Below, in pieces: positions 25,190 through 36,779 of a stretch of 64,000 nucleotides of DNA. Both the position numbers and the translations under genes were made by a program. The stretch is from the human T2T-CHM13v2.0 reference genome, Homo sapiens. Where the stretch lies: the NCBI RefSeq assembly GCF_009914755.1, contig NC_060936.1; one strand, 5' to 3'. The number at the start of each line of letters is the position of its first letter. Positions within the stretch are counted from its first letter, which is position 1. The notes beneath the pieces were generated by a model, which was given only the letters and a program-made list of their open reading frames with translations, was not told where the DNA came from and made no database searches.

Positions 25190-26350
25190 CAACAGGGAGT
25201 AAACACGCAACAAGCAAAGCCCTTGCCTTCATGAAAATTGCAGTCTAGACAAATAGAGTAATTAGATAATTATTGCAAAAACACGCAAAGTTACAACTCT
25301 GAAAAATTCTACAGAAGAGGGTAAAATATACCGTGTTCTGAGAGCTCATAGTAAGGAAACTTGACCTTATCGAAGAATCTAGGCTTTCACCAGTAGTGTA
25401 CATGTGAGCTGACACCAGAAGGACAAACTGGAAATAACCTAGATAATGTGCATGGGAAAGAGAATCCAGGCAAATTATTGAGAGGGCAGACAAGAGAATG
25501 AAAAGTCCCCTGTATGTGGAAGTTCAGGCAATGCAGAAAGGCATGTGTAAGAAAAGATCAAAGTAGACATAGCCAGATCATGCAGGGCCTTTTAGATTAT
25601 GGTGAGATTTTGTTTAAGAGTAATGGAAGGCCACTGAAAGGTGTTGAACAAGAGAGGAAAATGATCAGATTTGATTTTTAAATTATCATCCAAGCTTCAG
25701 TGTTGTAAATAGGTGAAAGTAGCACTAAGGTGGATGTAGACAGATTAGTTTGTTGTCAAGATGAGTTTTCTGGCTTGTACAACTAGACGGATGTGGGTGT
25801 TATTCATTGAGATAGAAAACACACTGAGTGTGTGGGAAGGCTGTGAATTTGATTTTGGACATGAATATGTGTTTGGAAATAAATCCTAGGAGAGATGTCT
25901 TATAGAAAATTGAATATATTGGTTGAGAGCTCAGAGAAAATAATTTGTGTTTAGGTAGTAATTCAAGCTGTGGATGTGGAAGAAAGTATACAATAAAAAA
26001 ATGGAGAGCCTAAGACTGAACCTTGGGGTGCGCCAACATTTCATGTCTATGTACACGAGAATAAGCCTGCAAGCTGATAGAGGAAAGACTAAAATAAGGC
26101 AAATATGTGAGAGAAGACCTGGAAAGAACATGGTTTAAGAGTGAGAGAAGATGCTGTATCAAAAAAAAAAAAGTCTCCTTTGAGATCACCTAAAAACTGA
26201 AAAATGTCTGTTAGATTTAGTAATATGGAAGTCTTTCGGGATCCCAGCAAGGGCTGTTTCAATGCAGTCATGGGACCAGTCAACACAATGGTGTGGGGTG
26301 AGGAGATAAGTAAAGACAACTCCAGCCTCTCTGAGACTTTTTGGTCATGA
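25190..26350 (-). mobile_element. Long L2 fragment
   Basis: gccagatcatgcagggcc, atggaaggccactgaaagg, ttttggacatg motifs. Confidence 0.7.
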
Positions 26351-26424
26351 TGTTGGTGACACCTTGGGAAAGTGAGGAGACTTAAATGCTGGGGAAACAT
26401 TTGCGATTGCCTCATTTCTTTCAC

Positions 26425-26665
26425 TTTATTCTAAACATGGTAGTGATGGAGTCCTAGAGGCTCCCCACTGGGACTACCTACTTTGTTAAATTACTAAATG
26501 TGATGAATATTTGTTGACAATAGTACCTAAAAATTTGTATTAATAGAATCATAAAGTCTTCTACAAGGCTCAAAGTCCAACATAATTGATGACATCGTGT
26601 CTGACTTCCAATATTCATGACTTCCCAGGTGAGTTTCCATATTTCTGAAAGTTTTCTCTGTAACA
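26425..26665 (-). pseudogene. FN3-like exon remnant
   Basis: tgtattttccaag| acceptor. VTEKTF / WKLTW ... ITFSNLTK / VGSPSGEPL. 3' end uncertain. Overlaps ORF 26478..26741. Confidence 0.45.
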
Positions 26666-27413
26666 CTTGGAAAATACAATTTAGAATTGGGATATATAAG
26701 AAAGATAATATCAGGGATGGAATGTTAGGTGTATCTGTCATTTGTGATATTTTACAAAGTGAAAATAGATTTATTCATATATTTTTACCCCATCTTCTTC
26801 CTTTCGTATTCTTTTTTTCTTCTTGTTCTCTTTAAGAAATGAATACCTAATGTTTATTCCGTACTGTACAAGGCACTAGATGATAAATAGAAAAAGGAAA
26901 TTATGAGATAATGATAAATACACTGAAATTGCTGAAAAAGAAAGGCTATGTCAGAATGAATAAAGATAAGGTTAAAGAGAATAGCATTGAGAGGACAGGT
27001 ATGATAGATACTTTTGAATGCAAGGCTGAGACGTTGTGGAGAATAAAGCAGCATTGAAAAAAATAACATTTAACAGAGATTTCCTAGCAGCTCTGTGAAG
27101 GTCTAAAAATAAAGAGAGTTTGGTTATTGTAATAATCTGGATATCAATTTTAGGAAGTGTATATAAATGAAAATCATTATGTAATGGAAGTAGTCTGAAG
27201 ACTCAGTAATCAACAGGGGCATGCAAAGGTAAAGGCAGTGAATTTGGAAATAACAGGAACTTTTTAAAAAAGATGCTTTAAAAGGGAGATGTTTTAAATA
27301 AGTAAAATTATAATTATTGGCTTATTGGGCATCATGTGTTGGTAGGACATCTAAGTGTTCATATAATAAGCAGGAGAAAATGCTCACACACTTGGGGTTG
27401 CCCTGTAACTCAC

Positions 27414-27637
27414 CTCAAATTATCACTGGGAATACCCACTTAGTAACTAGCATTTTCTAAGAGATGCTCTACATTGATAAATACAAGTGAAAATGTCCAT
27501 TGATTGAAAATATGTTACACATCTATTAGATTTATTTACATAAGACTGGAAAGTTATATTTTACTTCTAATTATAAGTAAAGTTATTTTTAATATATTCA
27601 CTTCTACTGGATGTTATTGAGTCTATTCTTAGATTAC
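27414..27637 (-). pseudogene. FN3-like exon remnant
   Basis: tgttctatttag| and consensus donor GAG|gtgagt. Begins GNLRIDSITSS (FN3 strand A/B pattern). Confidence 0.6.
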
Positions 27638-28083
27638 CTAAATAGAACATTTCAACTTTGTCACAGAAAATGTACACAATAATCTTGATTTTCCATTTAA
27701 AATTCTTATGAAGAAGGCTTATTTTTAAGAACTAAATTCTAAATTTTATTTCTCTGTTCTTCATAGATATGTTTTATTTAATTATTGAATTTATTTTGTT
27801 TTCTTTCAAAATAATTTTTAAGCATATTCATTTTGCATCAATCTACACTCATTGTAAAATCTAACATTGACTTATAGCTATTAGTTAATTTTAAACTAAG
27901 CAAAATACACTCTTTTTGTCTTATTAATTGTGTATTTGAGAAGATCCATAAACTTTGAAAAAATTCTATTTCTTCAAGAAACAATTATTAAACTTCTATA
28001 TAATGAAATATTAAATACTTTATTATAGTTAAGGAACTTTATATATGTTTTCTCTAGATCTCATAATGATTTAAAATCCATAC

Positions 28084-28293
28084 ATGCTTCAAAAATGCTT
28101 TAGTATGCTCATTTCTCCAATTGTTTAACTGAAAAATATCCTGTAATGAGGTCAGTGATTATTTTTTATAAAATGCAGAATTCCTCATTCATTCTTTACT
28201 CTGAATAAGTATTTAAGTAGCTTTTTCCAGTATGAGTTGTTTGTTTATGCTTTGCTTGATTGATAATCAGATTCTTTGCAACTTTTATTTGAT
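28084..28293 (-). pseudogene. FN3-like exon remnant
   Basis: 210 nt, symmetric phase 1, ttttacaag| ... |gtatgg. QIKVAKNLIINQ...IITDLITGYFSV with 4 stops. Confidence 0.55.
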
Positions 28294-29099
28294 CTTGTAA
28301 AATATGTGATTTATTTAACACAATGGTGGGTACATGAAATGATTAAACTAATAGTAATTACAGTCTAACCATTAACCAGTGATATAGATGGTGAACAAAT
28401 CAACCTTATGTATCACTAGTCACATACATGGGGATATTGGAAGGGTATCTTGCTATCCAAAATATTTATTGTGTCTCTAGGAGTCTCATAAAAATTTAAG
28501 TATCTTGGGAAAAATGGGTATGTTGTAAAGGGCATTGAATTGGATTTGCCTTGAGAAAATCAGTTAATTTCTTTAAGTTTCAGTTTCTTCATTTGTGACA
28601 TACAGATAATAATTTTTACCTATTTCACAATGTTATTCTGACTATAAATTAGATAATATAGGTAAATTTATCAAAATAAAAAGATGATATTAATGTTCAA
28701 TTATTCTTTTGATCACCTATCAAATTAATCACTAATCAAAATTCTGAGGATATACATATATATATATAAAAGTAAATTTTCAAAGGGGCATTGGGAAATG
28801 ATTGTGGATCTTTTACATTGGAGAAATGGGTATTGCAGTGAAGATACCCTGGAAACTATTTCTGTGAGTGGGAAAAAGATGGCTTGTGGTGCTGATAATG
28901 AAGAGTGAGGTGCATAACTGGGACTAGAAACACAATGGAAAAATTCTATTTCCTGGTTTGTCCTGGAATCTATTCTGATAACAGTCTATGGCCTCTGCAC
29001 AGATGTTTTCATATGGATTAGCCACCAAGCAGTTTAATGCATTAAGCCTACTATAACAGCAACAAATTATAAAGTAATTTGTTTGTATTGATGCACATG

Positions 29100-29192
29100 T
29101 TAGATAGATAGACAGATGATAGATATGTGAGTATAGATAGATAGAGCGATAGATGATAGATAGGTAGATAGGTAGATCGATAGAGAGACAGA
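29100..29192 (+). repeat. Imperfect (GATA)n microsatellite
   Basis: Direct observation. Confidence 0.9.
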
Positions 29193-29809
29193 TGTTTCCA
29201 CTTAAATGCCCTCATTTACATAAGTTTAAATAGACATATGAATTACAGCTCAGGCTGATTTGACTTCATTTATGGTTCCTATACCTTTTGATGTTTGCCT
29301 AAAGATATATTCAGCTTAAATGCTATATTAGGAATATTTATTTTTCTTCTTATAAAATCTCTGAATTCAAGAATATTATTTTGTTTTCTATGTATTTTTA
29401 TGTATTAATTCATGTAATTAAATATGTACACTTGTGAGATATGTACACAGAATACAGAGTTTGTACATATGCAGACAATTATAATACAAAAGTGAAGATT
29501 ACAAATGCCACATTAGTCATACAGAATGTTTGGGGATTCCAAAGAGGGTGTGATGACTTCTCACAGGTGGTGAAAGTGGGCATCTTAGAGGAAGTGTCTT
29601 TTGAGCTGTGCCTTGAAAGATAACTAGTAATCTCTTTAAAAAGATAGACTGGAACTCAACTATGAGCTATTGAACGTTTTAAAATAGAAAGGTGATGTCA
29701 TCAGAGATGCTTTAGGAAGATTGAAGTAGTGGCTTGAACCAGGTGGACTGGAAGGCAGGGAATGACTCTGCAGGTAAAAATGCAGTCAGATCACTATTTT
29801 AACAATAGA

Positions 29810-29988
29810 TCAAAGGTTCCCAAGCACTGAACCCCCTGCTACAGAAGCATCTGCAGAGACTTTTGAACTGCAAATTTCCAGGCCCCTCCTCAGAGCCTAA
29901 TTCAGTGGGTCTAAGATATAGCCCCAGAAGTAATATTAAAAACCTACAGAGTGATTTTGATGCATAGCCAAGGCTAAGAACCACAGGC
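29810..29988. mobile_element. MER5-type hAT MITE
   Basis: aggttcccaa...ccaggccc...gtgattttgatgca...aagaaccac. Confidence 0.65.
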
Positions 29989-30358
29989 TGCAATGAAAAA
30001 GCTCTGGCCTCGCTGATAGACTCGAAGGAGGGTGAGAAGACAAGACAATGGGGTCAAAAAAGAAAAAAAATGTAGAAATGACACAGAAGATATTTTCTTT
30101 CCTGTTGTCCAAATTTCAAAATGATAATTTCCACTATTTGAATTTAATAAAATACACTTGCCAAAAAGTTTGTCTTATATATGTATTTGTCTGTATTTTA
30201 TCTATAGATGTATTGAATGGTTCTTTTCCTGCCATTTTTCTCTTATTTAAAAAACAACAAAATTTGTCTGAATAAGCTTACAATATTTCTTTTTTTTCTA
30301 TTTATTCTGGCTAGAATTTTGAAAATGTTTTAAAATTTTATGTCCTTTTACAATTACA

Positions 30359-30626
30359 TTGATATTTAAAATGACTCTGCTTCTTATCATGGATATTTTT
30401 AAGAAGAAAAATATCAGTTGATGAGAAAGAAAACCACTATGCTTGAGACCATTTTCAGGGCTTTGTTATCTACTTTTCATCCCAAATTCTATATATTTTT
30501 ATTAAGATTCCCTAATGCATAAGGATAGAAATTGTATTTGTAAATGCTAACTTAAAATACCAATATTTAATTATGTTGTGTTGATAGGGATGATTTATTC
30601 TAGACTTTAATCGGATGTTTTTGTAC
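30359..30626 (-). pseudogene. Possible SEA-like exon remnant(s)
   Basis: Pieces LKSRINHPYQ and ENG/SIVVFFLI, similar to the SEA 'NGSIVV' motif, with a frameshift. Boundaries uncertain. Confidence 0.3.
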
Positions 30627-30731
30627 CTAAATGAAATTTAGTCTTATTTTAATTAAATGGTAGAACATGCCAAAAATGATGGGTAAAACTAGAAGAAATG
30701 AACCCCAACGGAAGACTCCGGTTTCAGTTAT

Positions 30732-31019
30732 CAGTTTTGTAGCTGTAAAGTAGTTAAGCTCTGTGGTTGAACCTGCCAGACAGGCATTAACATTATGGTA
30801 TAGGATTCATCTGCTGAGATAAGATTTTCTCTTATTTAACTTTATTGAAATGTCTGAATAAATCACTAAGCCAAATGTATGGTTTCTTGTTTAAAATATA
30901 TTAAAATCATGGCATAAAACAAAATTCTCATGTGAAGTAAATAATAAAAATAATTGTGAATGTATCATTCAAAACATTTTTTCAATAAAAAATGTTTGAG
31001 GAGAGCTCAGATTTGGTTA
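30732..31019 (-). pseudogene. FN3-like exon remnant
   Basis: LSSPQTFFIE / NVLNDTFTII ... ENLISADESYTIMLMPV, matching FN3 'LSPPxNLxVxNVTxxSFTV' and 'NLxPxxxYTI'. Splice sites partly decayed; ends approximate. Confidence 0.6.
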
Positions 31020-31367
31020 CTGAAACCAATATTCCTTTGATAACTTATTTCTCTTTTTTGTTTCAAAGTTCAGACTAGTTAAATTGACTTATTTCTCTCT
31101 TATCCTACTTTTTTGTAGTCTTGCAACTAAATAAATTTAGTTATTACTTATTGATCTGTTCGCTTGAACCATCTGACATTTTTTCCTATTGTGTACATAT
31201 AAAATAAGCAAAGTATCCTTTATTTATAAAGGCCTTGGTTAATTGTACCCAATGAAACTATCAAAACCTTTTTTAATTACTTCTAAAACTCTATTCTCTG
31301 TTCAAGTCTCCGTGTTTAATATTTAATATTGAAACCATAGTGTTTACTGTTTTGCTACCTAATTTCT

Positions 31368-31460
31368 TTTTAAAGACTTTATTTTTTAGAGCACTTTTAG
31401 TTTCACAGGCAAAATTGAGAGGCAGGTACAGAGATTTCCTATGTACCCCCATTCTCACAG
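31368..31460 (-). mobile_element. Short L1MC/MD-type 3' end
   Basis: agactttattttttagagca...aaaattgagaggcaggtacagagatttcc. Confidence 0.65.
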
Positions 31461-31564
31461 ATTCATTTCTTTTTTAAAAATATAAACTTGAAAACTTTTC
31501 TTTTTACAATCTTAATATAAATTCTCAAAGCATTTACAATTGTCCCTGTCCTTTATTAGAAAAT

Positions 31565-31708
31565 TCTCGCCCAGGCTGGAGTGCAGTGGCATGATGATGA
31601 CTCACTGAAGCCCTGACCTCAAAAGCAATCCTACCACTTCAGCCACCCAAGTACCTGGGACCACAGGCATGCACCACCATGCAGAGCTATTTTTTTTATA
31701 TTTTGTAG
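31565..31708 (-). mobile_element. AluJ fragment
   Basis: gcccaggctggagtgcagtggc...caggcatgcaccaccatgc. Confidence 0.85.
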
Positions 31709-31714
31709 GAAATA

Positions 31715-31985
31715 AAAGAAAGAAAGTTCTTTCCTATATTGAGTTGAAATGTTTTCTTATATTTCCACCAATAGCTCAATCCCTTGTGGCTACACAGAAC
31801 AAATCTTACCCTACACGGCAGCCTTTCAAGAATTTGAAGACAGTTGTATTTATCCTCCTACATCGTCTCTGCTCTTGGCAGTTTTTCATGAGTCATGGCT
31901 TTGAATTCTTTATCATCCTGTCTTCTGAATGTATCCCAATTAGTTTCCATACCCAAAGTTGACTGTAGGACTCAGTTTTAGTCTG
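31715..31985 (-). mobile_element. L3/CR1 fragment
   Basis: gaaagttctttcctatattgag...cagcctttcaagaatttgaagacag. Confidence 0.5.
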
Positions 31986-32001
31986 AACATCACAGCAAAA
32001 G

Positions 32002-32232
32002 GAACAATGAGAGCACTTGGACACAAGAAGGGGAACATCACACACTGGGGCCTGTGGTGGGGTGAGGGGAGTGGAGAGGGATAGCATTAGGAGGTGTACC
32101 TAATGTAAATGACGAGTTAATGGGTGCAGCACACCAACATGGCACATGTATACATATGTAACAAACCTGCACGTTGTGCACATGTACCCTAGAACTTAAA
32201 GTATAATAAAAAAATTTCAAAAAAAAAAAAAG
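32002..32232 (+). mobile_element. L1PA 3' end with poly(A)
   Basis: gaacaatgagagcacttggacac...gtaccctagaacttaaagtataat; aaaaggaa flanks. Confidence 0.95.
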
Positions 32233-32305
32233 GAAAACCAATTTTGTTCTTGAGAATAAATTTCCATTAACACCCCTTGCTGCCCACCCACACATCCCCA
32301 CAAAC

Positions 32306-32420
32306 CTGCCTAATGAGATTAGCTTTGAAGATGGTTGTTTCGTAATCTTGACTCATATTGAATTTAAGGTTGACGAGAATTGGGCCTTGGACAGAAGTAA
32401 AGCCTACGTTGTTGGATAGC
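32306..32420 (-). pseudogene. Stop-free 115-nt exon, possibly the start of a SEA-like module
   Basis: ttttgtgttttag| and CAG|gtttgt. Open frame LSNNVGFTSVQGPILVNLKFNMSQDYETTIFKANLIRQ. Confidence 0.5.
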
Positions 32421-32500
32421 CTAAAACACAAAATTTGTTAACTCTTAAGAATTAATGTTTTATATGGAACAAAGTCTTTCAGGAATTCTAAAAGTCATAC

Positions 32501-32737
32501 ATCAATAAAGAGATTTTTATGTCTTTGGTAAGGCTTTTAAGTACTGTCATATTAAATCCTCCCTAAAATAATTTAGCTCAGAAATGTACAAGCAATATTA
32601 ACACAGGTTTTTTTGCTTAAATAGTTCATTAGCCTCTGTAACTTCTTGAATATAAAAAATAATGCCAGGATTTTTTTAAGGTGTCTTTAAATCTGCTAGC
32701 AAGTTAAAGAAAAGGTTAAACTTTTTCAGACGCTATG
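32501..32737 (-). pseudogene. FN3-like exon remnant
   Basis: 237 nt between ttcattaaag| and |gtatga. NPGIIFYIQEVTE...YISELNYFRE, then frameshift to FNMTV. Confidence 0.55.
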
Positions 32738-33359
32738 CTTTAATGAAAACAACAGAAGACACATGTTTTATTGTAAATAAGTAGATAACTTTTCTATTAA
32801 GATTTGGAGCAAGGCTGTGCACCATACATGCTCTGAGTGGGCTTGATTCCTCCAGGGAAGAGGCCAGGAAAGCATTGATGTGAAAACAGCCTTTCCCTTG
32901 CCATTCTCTCCATTCCAGGCAGGTTATCTGCCAAGAAGCTCATCCCTATCTGTAAAACTGCCAGCATCAGTTCATGCAGCATTCATGTGTAATTTGCTTT
33001 TTCTGGAGAGCCATACCAGGGCAGAGTTGACTGATTGAGGGAATTAAAAGCTACAGACTCTGGGACAGGAGGGCTGCCCTGTGGGTATATGAGCTGGTTA
33101 CATTTTGGCCCCTTTTCAAACCAGGGATATGCAACTCTTGATATGTATGGGAAAGGCAGAACTGCCAATACTGACAGCGCTCCTGAGCAGCGCAAATGCT
33201 CCACATGGCAAATGCATCATTCACAGAGGACTCATCAGAGCAGCACCCAGAAAAAAACCAAACAGAGCAATACACAGAGAGACCAACTGGGGCCAGATTT
33301 TGTATATAAAACATTCCTCGTAGAGTGACTTATAATGGGTAGAAAAAGGATACGTCCTG

Positions 33360-33775
33360 AATGGCAAACTATTATAGTACTGATTATAGTACATCCATAC
33401 AAAGAAATATCATGCATTTATGTATGATGATGGTAAAGAAAAACCTTTAAGATCTTCAGGAGAAATGTTTATGACATACTAAATTAAATATTAAATTTCA
33501 ATGCAGTATGTATATTGTTACCTCATTTTTAAATTCTTAACTAATTTATTTGGAAAGAAAAATGGTAATTAAGATCAAGATGTGGAGACAGGACAAATGA
33601 AAGATTATAACGAAAATTTTAAAAGAGGCAAGGAAAGCATTGATGTGAAAACAACCTTTGAGATGACAGAGTTATTGATGACTTTTCATGATTATTAATT
33701 CCTGTCTTTGTGCTCCTATGTGTTATGCAAATATTCCACAGACAATAAAGTTACTCCTTTTGTAATGAAAGTCTG
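33360..33775 (+). mobile_element. Old L1ME-type 3' fragment
   Basis: tatagtacatccatacaa... and a degenerate L1ME 3' UTR pattern. Confidence 0.45.
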
Positions 33776-33802
33776 TGTAATTAAATTTTTTTAAAAAAAA
33801 GT

Positions 33803-34347
33803 TGTGACAGGTATAAAAGTTTCTGGTTTATGAACAATAAAAACTACCTCTGGGGACCTTGAGCAAAATAATGATGGGTTAGAAGGCTATTAAAGAACTC
33901 CTAGAATCTGCTGGGTGGCTAGATCCAAGCTTCTGAAGGATGTCAAGGGAAGCTCCATACCAGGTGAGACCAGGGAGCTGAACACAAAGCTGGATCAGGC
34001 AGACCAAGAGAATAGTCTGGCTACAACTCTTCCACTTGACAATCGATCTGTGCCACAGCCTTTGACCCCTGGGCTGTCCTGCCATGAATAATCGTTAGTT
34101 CCCCTTACATTTTTGCTTTGCTTTGCCAAGAAACAAAAACTTAAGGTGGTGTAGTATATATGCAGTATATATTACCACCCCATTTCCCATGGCATATGCC
34201 GATGTCTGAGCTTCCAGGGACTTGCATGTATATTTACTGCTTCCTTTGGCTTCTAGTGAAGGCATTTCTCATATTTTGAGATTTCTGTAACTCCCTGCCT
34301 CCAATAGAAAGGTGTTGGATGCTAAGTAGTGGCAAATGTCCTGCACA
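33803..34347. mobile_element. Old MLT1-type MaLR LTR
   Basis: TG...CA bounded degenerate MLT1-like sequence. Confidence 0.4.
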
Positions 34348-34521
34348 TGAAATGTTGGAATAGAAGATAAAGTATTGTGTTAGTACGTCTCTGGATATTT
34401 TTAAAATCCTTAAAATAAATTTTTACCTGTCCAAGAAAGTCTAATTGTGTGTGCCACAATTCCTAAGACTCTAGAACATTTCCATAATTTGTATTATATA
34501 TGTCAAGCATAATACAAATAC

Positions 34522-34757
34522 ATTGTCCTAGTGATCAATGTGTGATCTGATTTATGTATGCATTGCCAGCCTCAGACACCATATATTAGTAGCAATATAT
34601 TGTAGAGTATCATTGGGCTATTTTTTTTTTCAAAGAGCTATGGAATTTAGTCTTTTTGAAATACTAAGGCAGAAAAATGTGAAGCTAACTACCGAAATTT
34701 AAATAAAATAAATTTTCAGTTATGAGTGATATATAGTAATGTGTCTTTATTAATGGA
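34522..34757 (-). pseudogene. FN3-like exon remnant
   Basis: Pieces YISLITENLFYLN and SPMILYNILL...KSDHTLITRT, ending at |gtattt. FN3 strand F 'P.TLYNI' pattern and terminal 'RT'. Confidence 0.55.
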
Positions 34758-34834
34758 CTTGAATGAAATGTGCAAACTAAATTAAAATCTTGGAAATCTA
34801 TAATTAGGTTAATAATGTAGTGATGACTTCTTAC

Positions 34835-35071
34835 CAGAGAAATAATAACATTTGATAGGATATGCTTTTTTCTTTCATAAGATGTTTTACAAGATAAGAA
34901 ATAAAGTTATAGATATAATACCTGTGACTGGGTTGTCTTATGAGCTAATAGATCGCATTCAACAAATGAAAATGAAAAGACAAAATATGCATCATAGACA
35001 AACAGATGATGCCATCATCTATGAATGCACAGTATGGGTTATTGGAATGGCTTTAACACATTGAAGTTGGT
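34835..35071 (-). pseudogene. FN3-like exon remnant
   Basis: tttttactag| ... TG|gtaaga; 237 nt, symmetric phase 1. Translation QLQCVKAIPITHTVHS*...DNPVTGIISITL. Confidence 0.5.
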
Positions 35072-36503
35072 CTAGTAAAAATTCAAGAAGCAATTTAGTT
35101 TTTAATTCACATGTTTTAATTTCTTCTTTTACCCACTTAGGTGCATGCATTTTTATAAACTTTTATAACCAAAAGTTCTCTAAATAAGCATTTTTTATTA
35201 AAATGCTTACATAACCACATTGAGAATAGAAATAGCTCTTTAAATATTGCTATTACCTTGGGGTATATAAAGTAAGTCTCAACCGGCAATTCAAAACCTT
35301 CTATGATCTATTCAGTTGAAATTAATCCCCTTTCTTTCCCTTCATGTTTCCACTAAACTTTGCTTTAACCTTTATTATCTGATTCAAGTTTGTATTATAT
35401 GATGCTGCTAATAATGATGATAATGATGAACTTTTAGTGATTTGCAAATCAAAGATTAGACAGATTAGCAGGTTTGTTCAAGGCCATGCAGCTGACAAAT
35501 AAGGTATTAATACTAAGATTCAGTCCTGGGCAGTCAGACTTGAGTCCATAGTTTTCATTTCTACACGATTGATAGATTATCTATTTTCTTCTCTGCATCA
35601 TCAGTTTTTTGAAGGTGAGGCATTGATTTTTATTTAGTATTATAACTTTGAAGATACTTAGGACCACCATGACCACCAAATAACTAAAATTAAAAGAAAA
35701 TACACCAAAAATTTTAGTACAGTTGTATAGTGTGATTATAAGTTCTCTATCTCATGTTTTTACCACTTTAATTTTTTTAATATTCTATAATGAACAGAAG
35801 TTAGCATAGGGGAATACTTTAGAGTAGAAATTTTGGTCAAATACAACGGATTTTAAATTACTTCTTCCTCACTTTACGACTATAACAGGTTATCTATTGC
35901 TTCATCTAATCCATGAATTGGGAGCTGTTGGTGAAACCGATACTCAAGTTTGTTGTAACAACTATATATACACTTAGAGTCTCTGGCAGAAAGCAGTCAG
36001 TAGATGCTAGTTATTATTTTTAAATCAAACAAAATATTTAAGGAGAGACTTTAATATTCTTAAACATAACCCTTCAAATCCTTAAACCAGATTTTTTTTC
36101 TGTACAAGAAAGTCTGGTTGTATATGCTACAATTCCTAAAACTGGAACATTTCAATAATGTTATTACACAGCTCAGGTCTTGATTCTAATGCTCAGGGTG
36201 GATAGAACAGGCAAAAAGTGCTAGGTAATGAAGACATGCCCCACCAGGCTTCTTCCCATTGGTATGCTGCCTTGACACAGTCATATTTAACAGTGAACTC
36301 TGTTTGGAAGCAATTTATATGCATATATAGATATGTTCACATGGCGCTGCTGAGATAATTACAATGTTATTTACTAGTTTTGTCTGGTATTTCTGCTATG
36401 TCTTTAATGACAAAATGCTGCAGAGACACGGGTGAGAGAGACAAAAGATGATGAGGATGAGGTGATTTTGTAAATAAGCAAAAAGAGGAATATTTTTGCA
36501 TAC

Positions 36504-36779
36504 TTTTGTGCTGGATGAAACCAGTAGAAGAGCAAATTTAGGTCTAAGAGAAGGTAATAAATTATATGCTTAAATCAAATACCTTTAAAGAATAAAAAAA
36601 AAAACTTTTGATCATCACAGGAAAAATTTCAAAATATTTTATCTTGCATCAAAAAGTTACATCTAAATATTACTTCATAAAAATTATCCTAGGGTTTACT
36701 TGACTTTTCTCCATGCAATTCCAAATAAAATAAGGTTTTATGAACTCTGAGATTCTTTGAACAGTTTGAAGAACTTGAA
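36504..36779 (-). pseudogene. FN3-like exon remnant
   Basis: 276 nt between ttccag| and |gtatgc. Frameshifted pieces KNLRVHKT / GIAWRK / DNFYEV. Confidence 0.45.

Larger units (their letters stand above)
7584..36779 (-). pseudogene. Decayed multi-exon (unprocessed, probably unitary) pseudogene of an FN3-repeat/SEA/ZP-domain type I membrane protein, UMODL1/uromodulin-like
   Basis: Ordered minus-strand exon-like blocks, mostly with pyrimidine-rich AG acceptors and GT donors. Conceptual translations give FN3-like, SEA-like, ZP-N, ZP-C and TM motifs in the order expected for such a protein. Many in-frame stops and frameshifts. Domain calls made by eye. Confidence 0.7.

Noticed and set aside
7584-36779. 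Calling the locus UMODL1 itself or an intact gene
   Set aside because: Many stops and frameshifts, very low similarity to UMODL1 as I recall it, and far more FN3 modules; no symbol assigned.
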